A stretch of 64,000 nucleotides of DNA. Origin: a virus. Position numbers and translations under genes: made by a program. Each line of letters opens with the position of its first letter. Position 1 is the first letter of the stretch. The notes beneath the pieces were generated by a model, which was given only the letters and a program-made list of their open reading frames with translations, was not told the origin of the DNA and searched no databases. The stretch lies in the IMG/VR virus record IMGVR_UViG_3300009110_000335. The stretch is one strand, 5' to 3'. Positions 30,601 to 39,090 of the stretch are shown here, one piece after another.

Positions 30601-33600
30601 CTAAAAAATGTTGAAAAATTGGAGGATGTTAAATTAACACTAGGTGAAAAACAGGTAGGCGAGAAAGGAACACTAGAATTTATTTCAAAACTACGTTCTG
30701 CGATAACTGCAAATGAGAGAGTGTTACAAAAAGCAGAGAATCAAATAACAAGTGATCTCAACATAATCAGTGGGTCAACCCATACCAACATAAGTAAAGC
30801 AAATAGAAAGAAAGTAGAAACATACAGCAAACAGCCTGATGTCAAAGATGATAATATGTTTGAAACAGTGGAAAAATTATATGGTGTGAATGTTGACAGA
30901 CGAACAAATAATGTCACGACTGACATACTTGCAGAGATAAAAAAGAAAATCAACAGTGAAACACCATCTGTCAGTACATTCAGTAGTACGCAGTTAAGAA
31001 ATTATGATAGACTAAAACGTCAGTACAATCAGGCAGTTCTCGCAATTGCAATGAATAGAAACATCATAGATAATGAAACCGTCAGTACAATGAAAATTGC
31101 AACAGATAATGAGAAGACATTCTCAACAATGTTAAGAGAGATTGAATCAATCAATCCAGATACATCTGATATCAATGTAGAGTTCGGCAAATACGTAGAT
31201 ATTGACAACCCTGATGAGATAAAGAGACTTGCAACAAACGCTGGTATTGACCCAAAGAACTTGAATCAAAAAATCAATGCATGGTTAAGAGAATATACCG
31301 GATCTAACATCGGTGGTTTATTCAAAGAAAAAACAAAGAAGGTGATTGAAAAGGAAAGTATGGAAGCCGAAGCCGTATTTGCAAAAGGTGAAGGCGCACA
31401 AGTCGCAAAACTAGTTGACCAACAACTTGATTATGGTTTGACTGAAAACCAGCTTGACTTTGTACGCAATATGGTTGGAAAGACTGACTTTGAAGCAGAC
31501 GCATACATGAATCCTAATGTGATAACAAAGAACGTTGAAGAAATCACTGATGTGGAATGGAATAACTTACAATTCCTAGCATCAAAGAATCTTGTGAAAT
31601 TCAATAACAAAGGAACCACCGCAGAGTATCAAGATAGTTATCGTATGAGAGCATACCTCAATCCAACAAAACCAACAGGAAAACAAACACAACCTATGTA
31701 TGTCGATCCTCTTAACCCACAAGCTACCCTGTCTGCAAAGGAGGTAGAAGAGAGGTACGGCGTAAAACAAACAAGGGATATTGCAGAGTTCTTAACACGT
31801 ACAAAGATAGTGGAAGAACAGTTTGATGGAAGTTATGTTGTAAACCAAGCCAAGGTCAAGGGTATTGGTAAATTCCTAGGGGATACAGAGACGATAAGAG
31901 AGAAATACAAAACTTCTATATCAAAACAACGACCAACCATGGACAAGGACGACACTGACCTTGAGGTGATTCAAGCAATAATAAGTGGCGACAAACAACG
32001 TGGTATTGCAAAGCTTGACAAAGATATAACAGCAATTGACAGAGAGATAGCCGAACAGATGAGATTGTTAGATGCAGATAAGGCGGATATTAATGCAGGT
32101 CAAGTGGCTCGTGCAGAAGGCAAAGTAAACGAATTGTTTGAACTACATGCAGAAGCTCTTGCACGTGGTGATAAAGGAGTTGCAGATAAAATCAAGAAAG
32201 AGGTTAGTAGTACATTTGGTGACGCATTTGGTGGGACAAACATATGGAATCAATGGCAATCAAAACAACTAACAAGTTCTGTCAAGGCAGTAATAGCATT
32301 AGACTATAGAGAAAAGATAGTTCAGCCAAGTAGGAGTGTACTTGAGTACATAATACAGGGTGGCAAGATGAGTGATCTAAAAGACACCAACGTATTAAAG
32401 GGATTGAAGGATCCAAAAGGAAACCCGTTGATTACAGGATTAGACGAAATTATAAGGACAGGTACAGACAAGCGTTTGTTAAAGAAATGGGAAAAGGCAC
32501 ATGAAGATAAAAAACTATCAGAGGTTGAGTGGGCAAAACAAGAACATGAAAAGATGAGTGTACTTGATGATACATTTGGTGATTATGCAAACGCATCAAT
32601 TACTAATGGAACACTGACCTTGGAAACAAGAATACTCCCTAGATCAAACGTTGAAAGAAAACTAAAAAATCTAAAAATAGAGATTGAAAAAATCAAAGAG
32701 AATGATATAAAAAATCACACAAGAATAAACAAAACTGTATCAGACACACTGGAGAAAAAACAGAATGAATACAACAGACTCAAAACTGGAAGAGAAGAGT
32801 GGGAGAGGATTATCGATGGTCAATATAATGAACGTGCGGTATATGATGTAGAATACACAAAACCTGATCCTGAATTTGACGACGGTTCGCCATATGTTAG
32901 AGATGCAGAAATGACATTTGATACAGACGACGTCACACGTAATGAATATTTCATAAGTCAGGTGTATGGTAAAAGAATCAAGAATATTGATATGGGTGGA
33001 ACCGATAGAGACACCTTAAGAAGATTCTTCGGTGACAGTGTAAGATCATTCAAAGGTAAAGTCTACGAAGAATTGACACCATGGGATGAATCCTTCATGA
33101 GAGATATACTCACACAGGTAAAGAAAGAGAAAACCAAAAAGGTGAAGGATCTTTCAAATGACATAGGAAGATACACAACACCACCACAATCACAGAAAAC
33201 TAAACAAGCCAAACTGAGCATTATAAACAGTATGAGTGATGTTGATAGATTGAAAGATAGTTTTGAAGTTATGCAGAAAAAATCTGGAACTATTCCAGTA
33301 TCAGATATCAATGTAGGAAGTAAAATAGAACAAGTATTCGTCTTGAATCCATCGAAGAGAGATAGTACTAGCGCAATAGTAATTGAAGAGTTTGCCAACA
33401 AACAGAGATTCTGGAGGAGTGAAGATGCTGACGTAGTAAAGAAAGGACAACCGAAGAAGGGTAAAAAAGATCCTAAATTAAAACAAAGAGTTGGTAAAAA
33501 GGACGATGTTGACCCATTCGAAGAAGCTGAAAATAAATTAATTGATGATAGAAGAGTTAAGGTGTACGGTAGTACATTGAGACCAGAGGGTACTGAACGA

Positions 33601-36600
33601 GCATTGTCGAGTGAGGCTAAAGAGATAATGGGTGACAAATTAAAGAACGTGCGATTAGAAATGACCGCAAAAGAGGAACAAACACGGGGTCTAACAAAAA
33701 TGTTGAAGGACATGGAAGATCAAGTGAAACGTGATAGAAAACAGGCATTAAAAGAAACTGGTTCTGGAACAAGAGGTAGGTTTGCAGATATAATAAAAGA
33801 TGCCGATGTGGAAGGTCACGACAAATCAAACACCAGAAGTGCAATGATAGTCATAACAAAGAAAGACGGAACAGATGCAAAATACACAAAAGATGGCAGA
33901 GTGATACTTGGTGATGGTAAAACTGGTGACTCAAAAAGTCCTTTACTACGTTTGATATCAAGATACTCAAAAGATGCAAAGGACAAGGAAGTCTTACTTG
34001 ATAAAGATTCAGACGGAATGCCAATCCAACTAACTAACAAATTCGGTGATCCTGTGATGGTAAGACCAGAAAAAACCGACACCAAACCAAGAGTTATTGT
34101 GATAAGTGATCCAAGTGACCCAGCACAAATAATGGAGGTGAAGAGATTGCTACATGAACAGAATGTGAGATACCTTGGTGTCGTTGGTGATAATCTTGAT
34201 GATTATTCTATTAGAAAACAAGTTAGTAAAAACATGAGGAAGACAGAATTGGATCAGGGTGTGTTCCTACCAGACCCAGTATATAGTGTAAAAGGAATGA
34301 TGGGTCAACTATTCGGCACTAATATAGATAGTTCTAAACTTGGAATGAGTTCAGTTCGTGACGGATTAATCGACATGGTGGAAACCAACAAGAATAAGGA
34401 AATACTTCCACAGAAGCTAAAACAGGTGGAAGATAAGATACGTGCTGCAGAATTAAAGAAAGAAAGCCGTGACAAAGAGTGGATTCCACGTACTGAGAAT
34501 TTATTATTTGAAGGATTTGAAAATTCATTCAAAGACAAGTATAGTGGAATTAATAGAAACAAACTACTAGGTACTGAGAGAGTACTTGAACTGATAAAGA
34601 AACGTCTTATCAAAGACGAAGGTAAACAGAGAGAGAAGGTAAACAAAGAAGTAACAAAACAGCAAATTGACTTTGTACGCCAGAATGATCCTACCACCAT
34701 ATCTAACTTTGTGAGATCTGAACAAGAAGTATTGATTGCAGGTAATAAGGCAAATGACATACTTAGTGCTGCAATGAAAGGAGACACCAGTCAAAACGAT
34801 GTGAATAAATTCTTATGGTCACCTACAGGTGACCCAGGAACACCAGGAACATCGATTGTAAAAGTCAACACGTATTTGAAATTTGTACCAACACTTGACA
34901 CACCAAAACCAGAAGTAGGTATAATGTCAAGGATACAGAGAAGGGTGTTAGGTACACAAGAAAAACAGAAAGCAAAAAGAGACGAGACGTTCTATAGTGC
35001 ACTTGACGATATGACAGCACAGGATCCAAACACAGGGGAATTTACATCATTAGGAACGCTTAGGAGTAGTACTAGTGAAACGTGGGATACTAGCGAAGGA
35101 TTGAAAGCTTCACTGACAAAAGAATATCTTATTTCACTACACAATACAAACAACCCAAAAGACCAAGTAAAGAGCTGGAACCAATTAATCATGAAGACAC
35201 GTGGTTCTGATTACAACAGGATATTGGGCTGGGTAGTAGATGGTTATACGCTAAAGTCAGAAAAACTACCAAGTAGTATAGTAGGAACCACCAAGACAAG
35301 ACCAACCTCGTTGTCTGGTGATGAAGTGTTTTTCAAACTGTTGAATAAAGAAGCAATAGGTCCTGAATCACAAACAAAATCAATTGAGAAGGCAAGTAAT
35401 GTATTCCAACCGGCTGTGAGTGATTTGAGTATGACTGATTGGTGGAAAGGACCAACCAAGGGTGATAAGGTGGTTTACAATATTTTGAAACGCGGTGGTC
35501 ATAGAATAAAGTCACGACTTCCATTATATGCAAATAAAAAGAATGTTGGAGGATGGGTTGGTCAATTAAACAGACCTCTAATACCAGAAAAGGTACAAAG
35601 AAGGTTGGATCTATTCTCATTCATTGAAAGGGGTAAACCAAAACAAACAGTAGAGCCTGATCCTCAAAGACCTATGGAACAAGCAAAGCTTACAGGACAG
35701 TACCCTGTAGAGAGAGAAAGTTTGTTTGAGGGACAAGTGCAAGCCGTGGGATCTATTGTGTCTACACCTAAAGGACAAAAACTACAAGCACCGATGATAC
35801 GTGAAGAGTTATTCACAAAGGAATATGCAGACGCACCTGAATTGGCAAAGGACGTTGAAGCTATATTCAAAGCTGAAAGAAAACAAAATGTACCAGACTG
35901 GTTTGTTACCACAAGTAATACAGATGAAGCAACATTAAATTCATGGATTAGAGAACGGGACACAACAAAGAGACTGTATGACCTAACCCGTCAAGATATA
36001 GATGAGAAGGTAAAAGAGAAAGAAAAGATAACACGTGCTGCATCCGGTCTTATTGGCAAGTCAGATGATATTCTATCAAAAGAAGATTTACAAAAACTAA
36101 ACCAAGCTGAGACTCAGCTTGGTAAAATAGCAACAGAGATCAACAACCTCAAATCAACTAACAAAACACACTTGAGCCAAATAGATGAACTTACTAAGAA
36201 GATTAAACTTAGTGTCCAACCAATACCTGGTGTACCAGGTGCCACAGTGACAGATGAGTTTGGATTTGCTTCAAGAGTGAGAAATGTGTTTGGCTCTATA
36301 ACTTCACCATCAACACCAAGACTTCCAACATGGGCTGGTAAAAAATCAGTGTCAGAACCATTTGAGGTGGTTGTTGATTATGATGTCCCAGCACAACAAA
36401 TACCAGGTCGACAGGAAGTAACAAAAGAAACAAGGCAAGTTATAAGAAAGTATCTAGGCACTGGATCTGATTTCAATATAGAGATTGAACAGGTCGGAAC
36501 AACATTTGCACCAAAAGGAAAGAAAGTAGCATTTGGTAGTGGTGAGTTTCCATTCCAAATAACAGACGCGGGTGGGGTTAAATCAATTGTTGATGCTGTA

Positions 36601-37512
36601 AAGGGTGCAACCGGAACAACAGAAAGCTTCACTAAAAGAGAGACGTTCACACCAAAGACAGGTGGTGGTGCATATGGTTATGACACAAGTGGTGGATTCA
36701 TAGGTGATACAGCACAACAGACAACACAGAAACAAAAGACAAAAACCACAGCAGAGACAAAACAGGATCAAACAATGACAGAAGCGATGGAAAAATCCAC
36801 AAAGGCAAAAGCCCCTGATACAAAAGACATTCAACGTTCAATTGGAATGGGCGTTTACGGAATGGAGTATTCACAATATGTCAACCAATTCCTAAGTGGA
36901 CCACCAACAGCAGAGGCACAAGAACAAAAACCTGTGCAAAGGATCGACACCACATTACCAACAATACGTATGAATTTAGATAGAGCAATAACCAAGAATG
37001 TCAAACAACCAGCAGTAAGAATATCAAACATGATGCAAGGTGTAGTTGCAGGTGTTAATTTCAATACAGCCAAAAAACTAAGCCAAGCAAGTGCCATGAT
37101 AACTGCAACAACACAGTCATATTTCCCAACACAAGCAATGGCAAGTCAAACAGATTTGGAGAATTTGAGATACACTGAACAGCTACAAACTAGACTTAAG
37201 ATTAAACCAACATTCAAACAAAGTCCTGATATGAGACTTGCTCTTGAACCAAGAGGACTACAATTACCAAAACCAAAACCTGCAGTGATACCAAGAACAA
37301 TACCAATACAACCAGCATTAATGTTCCCATTACCACCGTTTGATGGTGGGGCACCTAAAAGACAAAGACCAAAACCAAAGAAGAGTAAAAAGAAAAAGAT
37401 TGGTTGGCAAGTACCTGATGTGTGGTTTGGCTACTACAGTCCTGATGAGTATACAGTGTTTGGTGGTCAAGAACCAAAAAAATTAAAAAAACAGAATAAG
37501 AGGTTGGACTAG
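21667..37512 (+). CDS. Giant 5281-aa protein (putative virion ejection/internal protein) with macro-like and SLOG (Mo-cofactor-carrier-like) domains
   Basis: Uninterrupted 15.8-kb ORF (ATG alternative at 21676). SLOG motifs VRSGGQRGVD..G..TA..AGLKTGG..P.GW, RTDLNVQQSDAT and LARNNVQELNVAGTRASK at about 28410-28820. Extensive coiled coil; Pro/Lys-rich C-terminus. Confidence 0.85.
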   Translation: MREMAKRTRFQAGRSTQPQVNTATAKMGTVAIEQPRPTPASLKDAAAPQLGYLSSSGYVDVSRDGKRIDPESEEGKAIQAIYSRQFEETIDNAAQLERFLAVTRGQASIEDTLLNPGTTNRYEGSNIKPNREQLIRTYFEERGVPLTEQFSNVNLRPVKYTAARERARLATNTGIEMGDLRDLLPGTSAYLKSGESIPADRIRTGEIYARRDNFLRQAGEIKDVVDGEVGTVARDPSYNQVVSTGLIPGTPGMLSGLSVAQGADRTLQNAALFIAGGVAPVTGLLAGIGGVFKPKAKGGAIPEKVPDPLYRPSATEEGREQVEEEISDDVARDWTMDPIIEGGPDDYRVIDGSILQRAVEKDGAFGFLVGTGEVFKRLGKSLVVPEEQLGQLGYYAATQTPIEEWRIKESALDLAINPILEPMAPYLAPYADIDASWDDVGGSLARFGGASATTASNIGIGMATPELRDAYFAEAGRVGGESWEKFQKYPLYYTGTALGEIPLALVGAGQVGFLARAGVKITKAALVADAGMKGSRVTAKANVLAGQLKNVDSTIESLSKKHNFNEKDFNSLIKDRNSILKDIIDFEHVDVNRTMKATEVDNMFKNADGAYKEGVSSNTIDRVNQLKAVDRKLNDQFTVPNELKNAIKTREDILDRTMKLVDSTDPSLRNDPIAIQNAVLKKKKLIEDTAEEKANTLYQKLVTQPGVNYGAWKKRQALRLGNLITLGGKSTLGGRLDPKMFATPRSQYRAALSQERKQGFGLARFEPRTWISGLAFVPRLTRAFAEVGSPSSPEELAAYPNPLNLFGKSQLEADVGRMGAGTVPVEYTPMMNAWGGMLRGLGVQNVQIKARLIQDKVQAMIKSPKTIDTETTKIEFDVTNQIVFQPGRIGPASTQKPDTTISMTMPADQPIGFQKSFGIGVAGIDQPMQITSDVTLGQYRSPGFTFTSTEDLLTQYPSFEAISNFYKQTPPSSPFGALPKGLSKTEPTDIIGAPFRVEGSFTAGRKMTTDEVIDLGEELPIVATPTSQVTRNYEKNLNKIQEKIAKLDSDEIKVWGDVSKINVLTSGISWSSVKNDIGLNKFFADVTPNVKTNLNTIEKGKVTDYQTRITQLKNVIETNEKNNMDTTSLRRELKDLYIEVDKIQYDNPYPTYDNYIDSIGRQTESLMPGMGEIGERAINEIKDFAGKGKLKKAFGELRNTEELIRKERGAIKKINPADEKKLRRSQDKLLLLERKATAQRENLAREMKDNAGFLGAEVQFAAISDDKIFTKNPLTDPTVLLTKPQAQKLHEIATKRIALEGEKEKIVMDFSPQKVAFTFTRDVPFDAMSASLTDIVVTKSGKGRYIIDAKAGSDGVIPTLKGEFLDFMEQAGGMTPGQKKKNAKELQKAALGNKEIADTGNTLFRFITPNRYDNTAKHDKVTHGVIDTDNRILGDSNLQKQYGLEPRAIKVGDRSPTKEEVTTGVYTKKTKVPIWAYATDGNGNVIFDVVQPYTAADEVDYLKFITGKGFDDKANLSEFGEQTKTITKDRVANITPSGEKVIEKFEYNVSTFANQFKMTPPKSQDAYAQNIEVLEKGLETTMGKVGIVDDRLKTVQKGISDYEKAYAIAKDIMKNDTIDIEYELNRLADPTAMASVTSRNIKAKEQNISDIKDQIREVEDQINAKYVEIGESHVTMSTAIKPVATKKFLLFNNDYPISGMGQWDYMDSDIFTRVAQNTPTNPIDNPEKIFNQRQYFELIIDALESPEASTKRLNKLWKDVDVKADTDVEKLNLVKEVSMKYLDDVKGEDKMKEIRKEIKEIESEKGRTYTEKIRAVKQYVLESAKDDRDQLKAKLDEAFSFAGATPDQKIQIFNARAKTILDQTLGTVKTTKNEKGEIDIVTDDFMDAFVKNNNLIADAEELMSTRKILKQNLVNEQQDLTEIKFDHRTLQKLATQIKRDGVGRHPLDPIIAPIELDTLPKLFGKYVNISSDRVEWIRGTGKGKIAVTEEIQELFPGGNVPDEITAPVQFGMGGGGDDIMENLSRGSMPYTGKGRPPVGKKLVLAGTVMVDIQLGTVTVQRKLPIYALPGTNQYLAKGKDLRFTMPETQNLTTMKPDQVLVVETGLKEGLKAKKTKKDPETGEKKYTPQQAALELFNASQGRSEGFTGSRTAGQNVYLLPTATGVRQGPEIDIDMYVRNLTDQMDQNPNREFLLTDGGVINASNFINHFGDFVFEKNVIIPRSFFEKLNPQQQAKYAATHTKDVLYTGLKTVRSGGQRGVDQVGVETAKDAGLKTGGVMPAGWRVEGGNAEAWGRKYGFTQSSDSSFTTRTDLNVQQSDATVYYGAVDANGNPSSPGGIRTADAASRYAKPFIVNPDPETLAEFLARNNVQELNVAGTRASKQSTSLIGGKTPNEYAKESLGGAIKLTKPAVMGEADVPDRFTAYLPMEVARQVQGDIVRVNSDVFKDDIIRSQAVVPALAMKASSQYMQSVRQISNNLKKQMEDLGTKKDKINKEIEVNDFNDQQVRAIVHLVNQYQTGSKTIKAMPGVKERYKGMYDALENFKNKEFYKQIENIAKGKDYNLKKFFTPKSEVPISEIRTNIDFLKDLLLKAKETKGLQGKIVKKHTVNPTENSGVIVAREILPNLRDKAKIYEVGLGGGVLELGAKWRRNEWFEKNAESSYAVVSKETVDQTIASLEVAKNKAGSTGAMDELQKKIDELTGMSKQLGGEQKYGDKSIIADNYNALTSDVSIVVLPQKNVRTDGSSVHFDYNTFIKKLETYEAQDSMLESLKKDLALLEKENKTLAPTSSKYLNNQGKIILLQDKIESETEILVRYAGQVRNSDPTGVHGTGQYNKNLHREWNEELGKYVDTKYKGWVTNKDGNNQTRHTIEYMLKDKERRDKLFVLTPDTDHAELEAFLKMNNPKRINIVGVAGPIQRTKGGEPIGPVNTRQAEQHFQTNQLINKHIFGEAIKVGTDSKGKPIYEQVDSGTEVIAHLKNVEKLEDVKLTLGEKQVGEKGTLEFISKLRSAITANERVLQKAENQITSDLNIISGSTHTNISKANRKKVETYSKQPDVKDDNMFETVEKLYGVNVDRRTNNVTTDILAEIKKKINSETPSVSTFSSTQLRNYDRLKRQYNQAVLAIAMNRNIIDNETVSTMKIATDNEKTFSTMLREIESINPDTSDINVEFGKYVDIDNPDEIKRLATNAGIDPKNLNQKINAWLREYTGSNIGGLFKEKTKKVIEKESMEAEAVFAKGEGAQVAKLVDQQLDYGLTENQLDFVRNMVGKTDFEADAYMNPNVITKNVEEITDVEWNNLQFLASKNLVKFNNKGTTAEYQDSYRMRAYLNPTKPTGKQTQPMYVDPLNPQATLSAKEVEERYGVKQTRDIAEFLTRTKIVEEQFDGSYVVNQAKVKGIGKFLGDTETIREKYKTSISKQRPTMDKDDTDLEVIQAIISGDKQRGIAKLDKDITAIDREIAEQMRLLDADKADINAGQVARAEGKVNELFELHAEALARGDKGVADKIKKEVSSTFGDAFGGTNIWNQWQSKQLTSSVKAVIALDYREKIVQPSRSVLEYIIQGGKMSDLKDTNVLKGLKDPKGNPLITGLDEIIRTGTDKRLLKKWEKAHEDKKLSEVEWAKQEHEKMSVLDDTFGDYANASITNGTLTLETRILPRSNVERKLKNLKIEIEKIKENDIKNHTRINKTVSDTLEKKQNEYNRLKTGREEWERIIDGQYNERAVYDVEYTKPDPEFDDGSPYVRDAEMTFDTDDVTRNEYFISQVYGKRIKNIDMGGTDRDTLRRFFGDSVRSFKGKVYEELTPWDESFMRDILTQVKKEKTKKVKDLSNDIGRYTTPPQSQKTKQAKLSIINSMSDVDRLKDSFEVMQKKSGTIPVSDINVGSKIEQVFVLNPSKRDSTSAIVIEEFANKQRFWRSEDADVVKKGQPKKGKKDPKLKQRVGKKDDVDPFEEAENKLIDDRRVKVYGSTLRPEGTERALSSEAKEIMGDKLKNVRLEMTAKEEQTRGLTKMLKDMEDQVKRDRKQALKETGSGTRGRFADIIKDADVEGHDKSNTRSAMIVITKKDGTDAKYTKDGRVILGDGKTGDSKSPLLRLISRYSKDAKDKEVLLDKDSDGMPIQLTNKFGDPVMVRPEKTDTKPRVIVISDPSDPAQIMEVKRLLHEQNVRYLGVVGDNLDDYSIRKQVSKNMRKTELDQGVFLPDPVYSVKGMMGQLFGTNIDSSKLGMSSVRDGLIDMVETNKNKEILPQKLKQVEDKIRAAELKKESRDKEWIPRTENLLFEGFENSFKDKYSGINRNKLLGTERVLELIKKRLIKDEGKQREKVNKEVTKQQIDFVRQNDPTTISNFVRSEQEVLIAGNKANDILSAAMKGDTSQNDVNKFLWSPTGDPGTPGTSIVKVNTYLKFVPTLDTPKPEVGIMSRIQRRVLGTQEKQKAKRDETFYSALDDMTAQDPNTGEFTSLGTLRSSTSETWDTSEGLKASLTKEYLISLHNTNNPKDQVKSWNQLIMKTRGSDYNRILGWVVDGYTLKSEKLPSSIVGTTKTRPTSLSGDEVFFKLLNKEAIGPESQTKSIEKASNVFQPAVSDLSMTDWWKGPTKGDKVVYNILKRGGHRIKSRLPLYANKKNVGGWVGQLNRPLIPEKVQRRLDLFSFIERGKPKQTVEPDPQRPMEQAKLTGQYPVERESLFEGQVQAVGSIVSTPKGQKLQAPMIREELFTKEYADAPELAKDVEAIFKAERKQNVPDWFVTTSNTDEATLNSWIRERDTTKRLYDLTRQDIDEKVKEKEKITRAASGLIGKSDDILSKEDLQKLNQAETQLGKIATEINNLKSTNKTHLSQIDELTKKIKLSVQPIPGVPGATVTDEFGFASRVRNVFGSITSPSTPRLPTWAGKKSVSEPFEVVVDYDVPAQQIPGRQEVTKETRQVIRKYLGTGSDFNIEIEQVGTTFAPKGKKVAFGSGEFPFQITDAGGVKSIVDAVKGATGTTESFTKRETFTPKTGGGAYGYDTSGGFIGDTAQQTTQKQKTKTTAETKQDQTMTEAMEKSTKAKAPDTKDIQRSIGMGVYGMEYSQYVNQFLSGPPTAEAQEQKPVQRIDTTLPTIRMNLDRAITKNVKQPAVRISNMMQGVVAGVNFNTAKKLSQASAMITATTQSYFPTQAMASQTDLENLRYTEQLQTRLKIKPTFKQSPDMRLALEPRGLQLPKPKPAVIPRTIPIQPALMFPLPPFDGGAPKRQRPKPKKSKKKKIGWQVPDVWFGYYSPDEYTVFGGQEPKKLKKQNKRLD

Positions 37513-37760
37513 AAGTGTCCTGCTTTGGCTCTTCTAATCTCCTCTTTATCTGAGTTGTTACATTCAGAGGAACAGTATTCTGTTGGTATGTCACTAACGA
37601 TCTGACCACCACAATATCTACAGTTTGATCTAGCTATTGTTGGTAGTTTTTTTGAACATTCTTGTTGTTGTTCATATGAATGTTCGAAGATCTTTTTGTT
37701 GCATATTTCACAGACTGCACCACGATCATCATCTGGTTGTGGTGGGGCACTCATTTCCAT
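37509..37760 (-). CDS. Cys-rich Zn-finger protein
   Basis: CEIC...H...C and CRYC...YCSSEC motifs; last gene of the leftward operon. Confidence 0.6.
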   Translation of the reverse strand: MEMSAPPQPDDDRGAVCEICNKKIFEHSYEQQQECSKKLPTIARSNCRYCGGQIVSDIPTEYCSSECNNSDKEEIRRAKAGHF

Positions 37761-37951
37761 TTGACTACCTCCTCTTTACGTCCAACCTTCTTTCGAGCTA
37801 GTTTGTTCTTTTTTATGTACTTCCAAATACCTTTGGTCATTTGGGCAGGGGAAATTGATTTCTTACCAAAGACCTCTTCTAACGTAGCGTTTGCATTTGT
37901 GAAGTTTAGAACGAATCCGCCGAATGCTGGTTTCTTTGTTTTCTTTTTCAT
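37751..37951 (-). CDS. SWIB/MDM2-domain small protein
   Basis: LEEVFGKKSISPAQMTKGIWKYIKKNKL matches the SWIB core (L..vG...sr.qv.K.lW.YIK.n.L). Confidence 0.75.
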   Translation of the reverse strand: MKKKTKKPAFGGFVLNFTNANATLEEVFGKKSISPAQMTKGIWKYIKKNKLARKKVGRKEEVVKWK

Positions 37952-37954
37952 TCT

Positions 37955-38212
37955 CTATACTTCCTCCGATCCTTTTGATAGAATCTTTTCTACAGCAACA
38001 TCATCTGCTTCTTCCAATTGAGATTCCTTTATGGTTTGGGTTGCCTCATCGTCTGAAACACGTTTCATCTCAGCTTGAAGAATTGTTCTTATCAATGCCG
38101 ATGCCGACAATGATTTAACCTCAGCTTGATCCTCAATGAAGTGGAGTTGCTTTGGGGCAAGATAGAAAGTCTTAGAGATGAATCTCTGTGTGATAGGTTT
38201 ACTTGTTGCCAT
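37955..38212 (-). CDS. Ribbon-helix-helix (CopG-like) regulator
   Basis: KTFYLAPKQLHFIEDQAEVKSLSASALIRTIL. The likely start is the in-frame ATG at 38212 (MATSK). Confidence 0.7.
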   Translation of the reverse strand: MATSKPITQRFISKTFYLAPKQLHFIEDQAEVKSLSASALIRTILQAEMKRVSDDEATQTIKESQLEEADDVAVEKILSKGSEEV

Positions 38213-38269
38213 GTATGTATATACACATACCCACATAATAAGCATTACCATTATTGTGAGATATGTTAG

Positions 38270-38547
38270 TTGATTGATTGTTGAAAACACCTTTTAGAAA
38301 AACGTCCTGCAAAATGGACATAATTAGTGTAGACATACAATACACCCACATTATTAATTATTGACTGATTCATGATTGTTAGATTAAATAAATTAACATA
38401 TAGGACAAAAAGTGTATGTTCATGCGTTTTAATGTAGGTGTATTGTTTCTTAGTATGTATTTTGTTTGTATAGGTGCATTTTAGTATTATTTATGGTTTT
38501 TCTTTTTTTCTTTTTTTTCCTTAATCTCTTTTTCAACAATCAATCAA
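38270..38547. repeat. 18-bp perfect inverted repeat flanking an AT-rich divergent intergenic region
   Basis: TTGATTGATTGTTGAAAA (38270-38287) and TTTTCAACAATCAATCAA (38530-38547). Confidence 0.8.
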
Positions 38548-38596
38548 TCTGTATTATACACATACCTATCCTAAACGCATTTTCATATAGTAGATC

Positions 38597-38845
38597 ATGA
38601 ACATGAATACCATGGGGAATTTAGAGAAGCGAGTAGCAGAGTTTGCAGAAGGCGAGTGTTCAATTTTTATTGCTATTTGGGATGTTGTCTCTAAACAAAA
38701 TAGAGATATGTCAGAGAGTGCAAAATTAGGTATCACAGATTCTCTCTACAGAGAATGGAGTCATAGACGAGGTATGGCTGATGTAGAGATAAAAGCGGTT
38801 GATCAGATGAAAGATATATTTAGTAAGTTCAAAGATCACAGGTGA
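38597..38845 (+). CDS. Hypothetical protein
   Basis: 82-aa first ORF of the rightward early block. Confidence 0.65.
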   Translation: MNMNTMGNLEKRVAEFAEGECSIFIAIWDVVSKQNRDMSESAKLGITDSLYREWSHRRGMADVEIKAVDQMKDIFSKFKDHR

Positions 38846-39090
38846 CAGCTTTGGGGAACAGTCATAAAAACTGGAAACGTGACCCGCTTGAAGGGGAAAT
38901 ACATGACTGTGAGTTTTGCAAGGAACATATGTATCTCAGGTGGAAAGATGACCTAAATGACAATAAGAGAAAATATGCTTGGAAGAGGGCTTGGGTATGA
39001 ATTTATCCCTAAAACGATGCTTTTCAAAATTTTGAGTGTCAAAGAAGAAGAAGGCAAGCGCTCTATGTTGTGCCTTCATTACTATTAGTA

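Noticed and set aside
21667-37512. Virion RNA polymerase within the giant protein (as in crAss-like or N4 phages)
   Set aside because: I found no convincing DxDGD/DFDxD catalytic motif in context. DKDSDG near 34000 lies in a SLOG-like region. A remote fold cannot be excluded without structure prediction.
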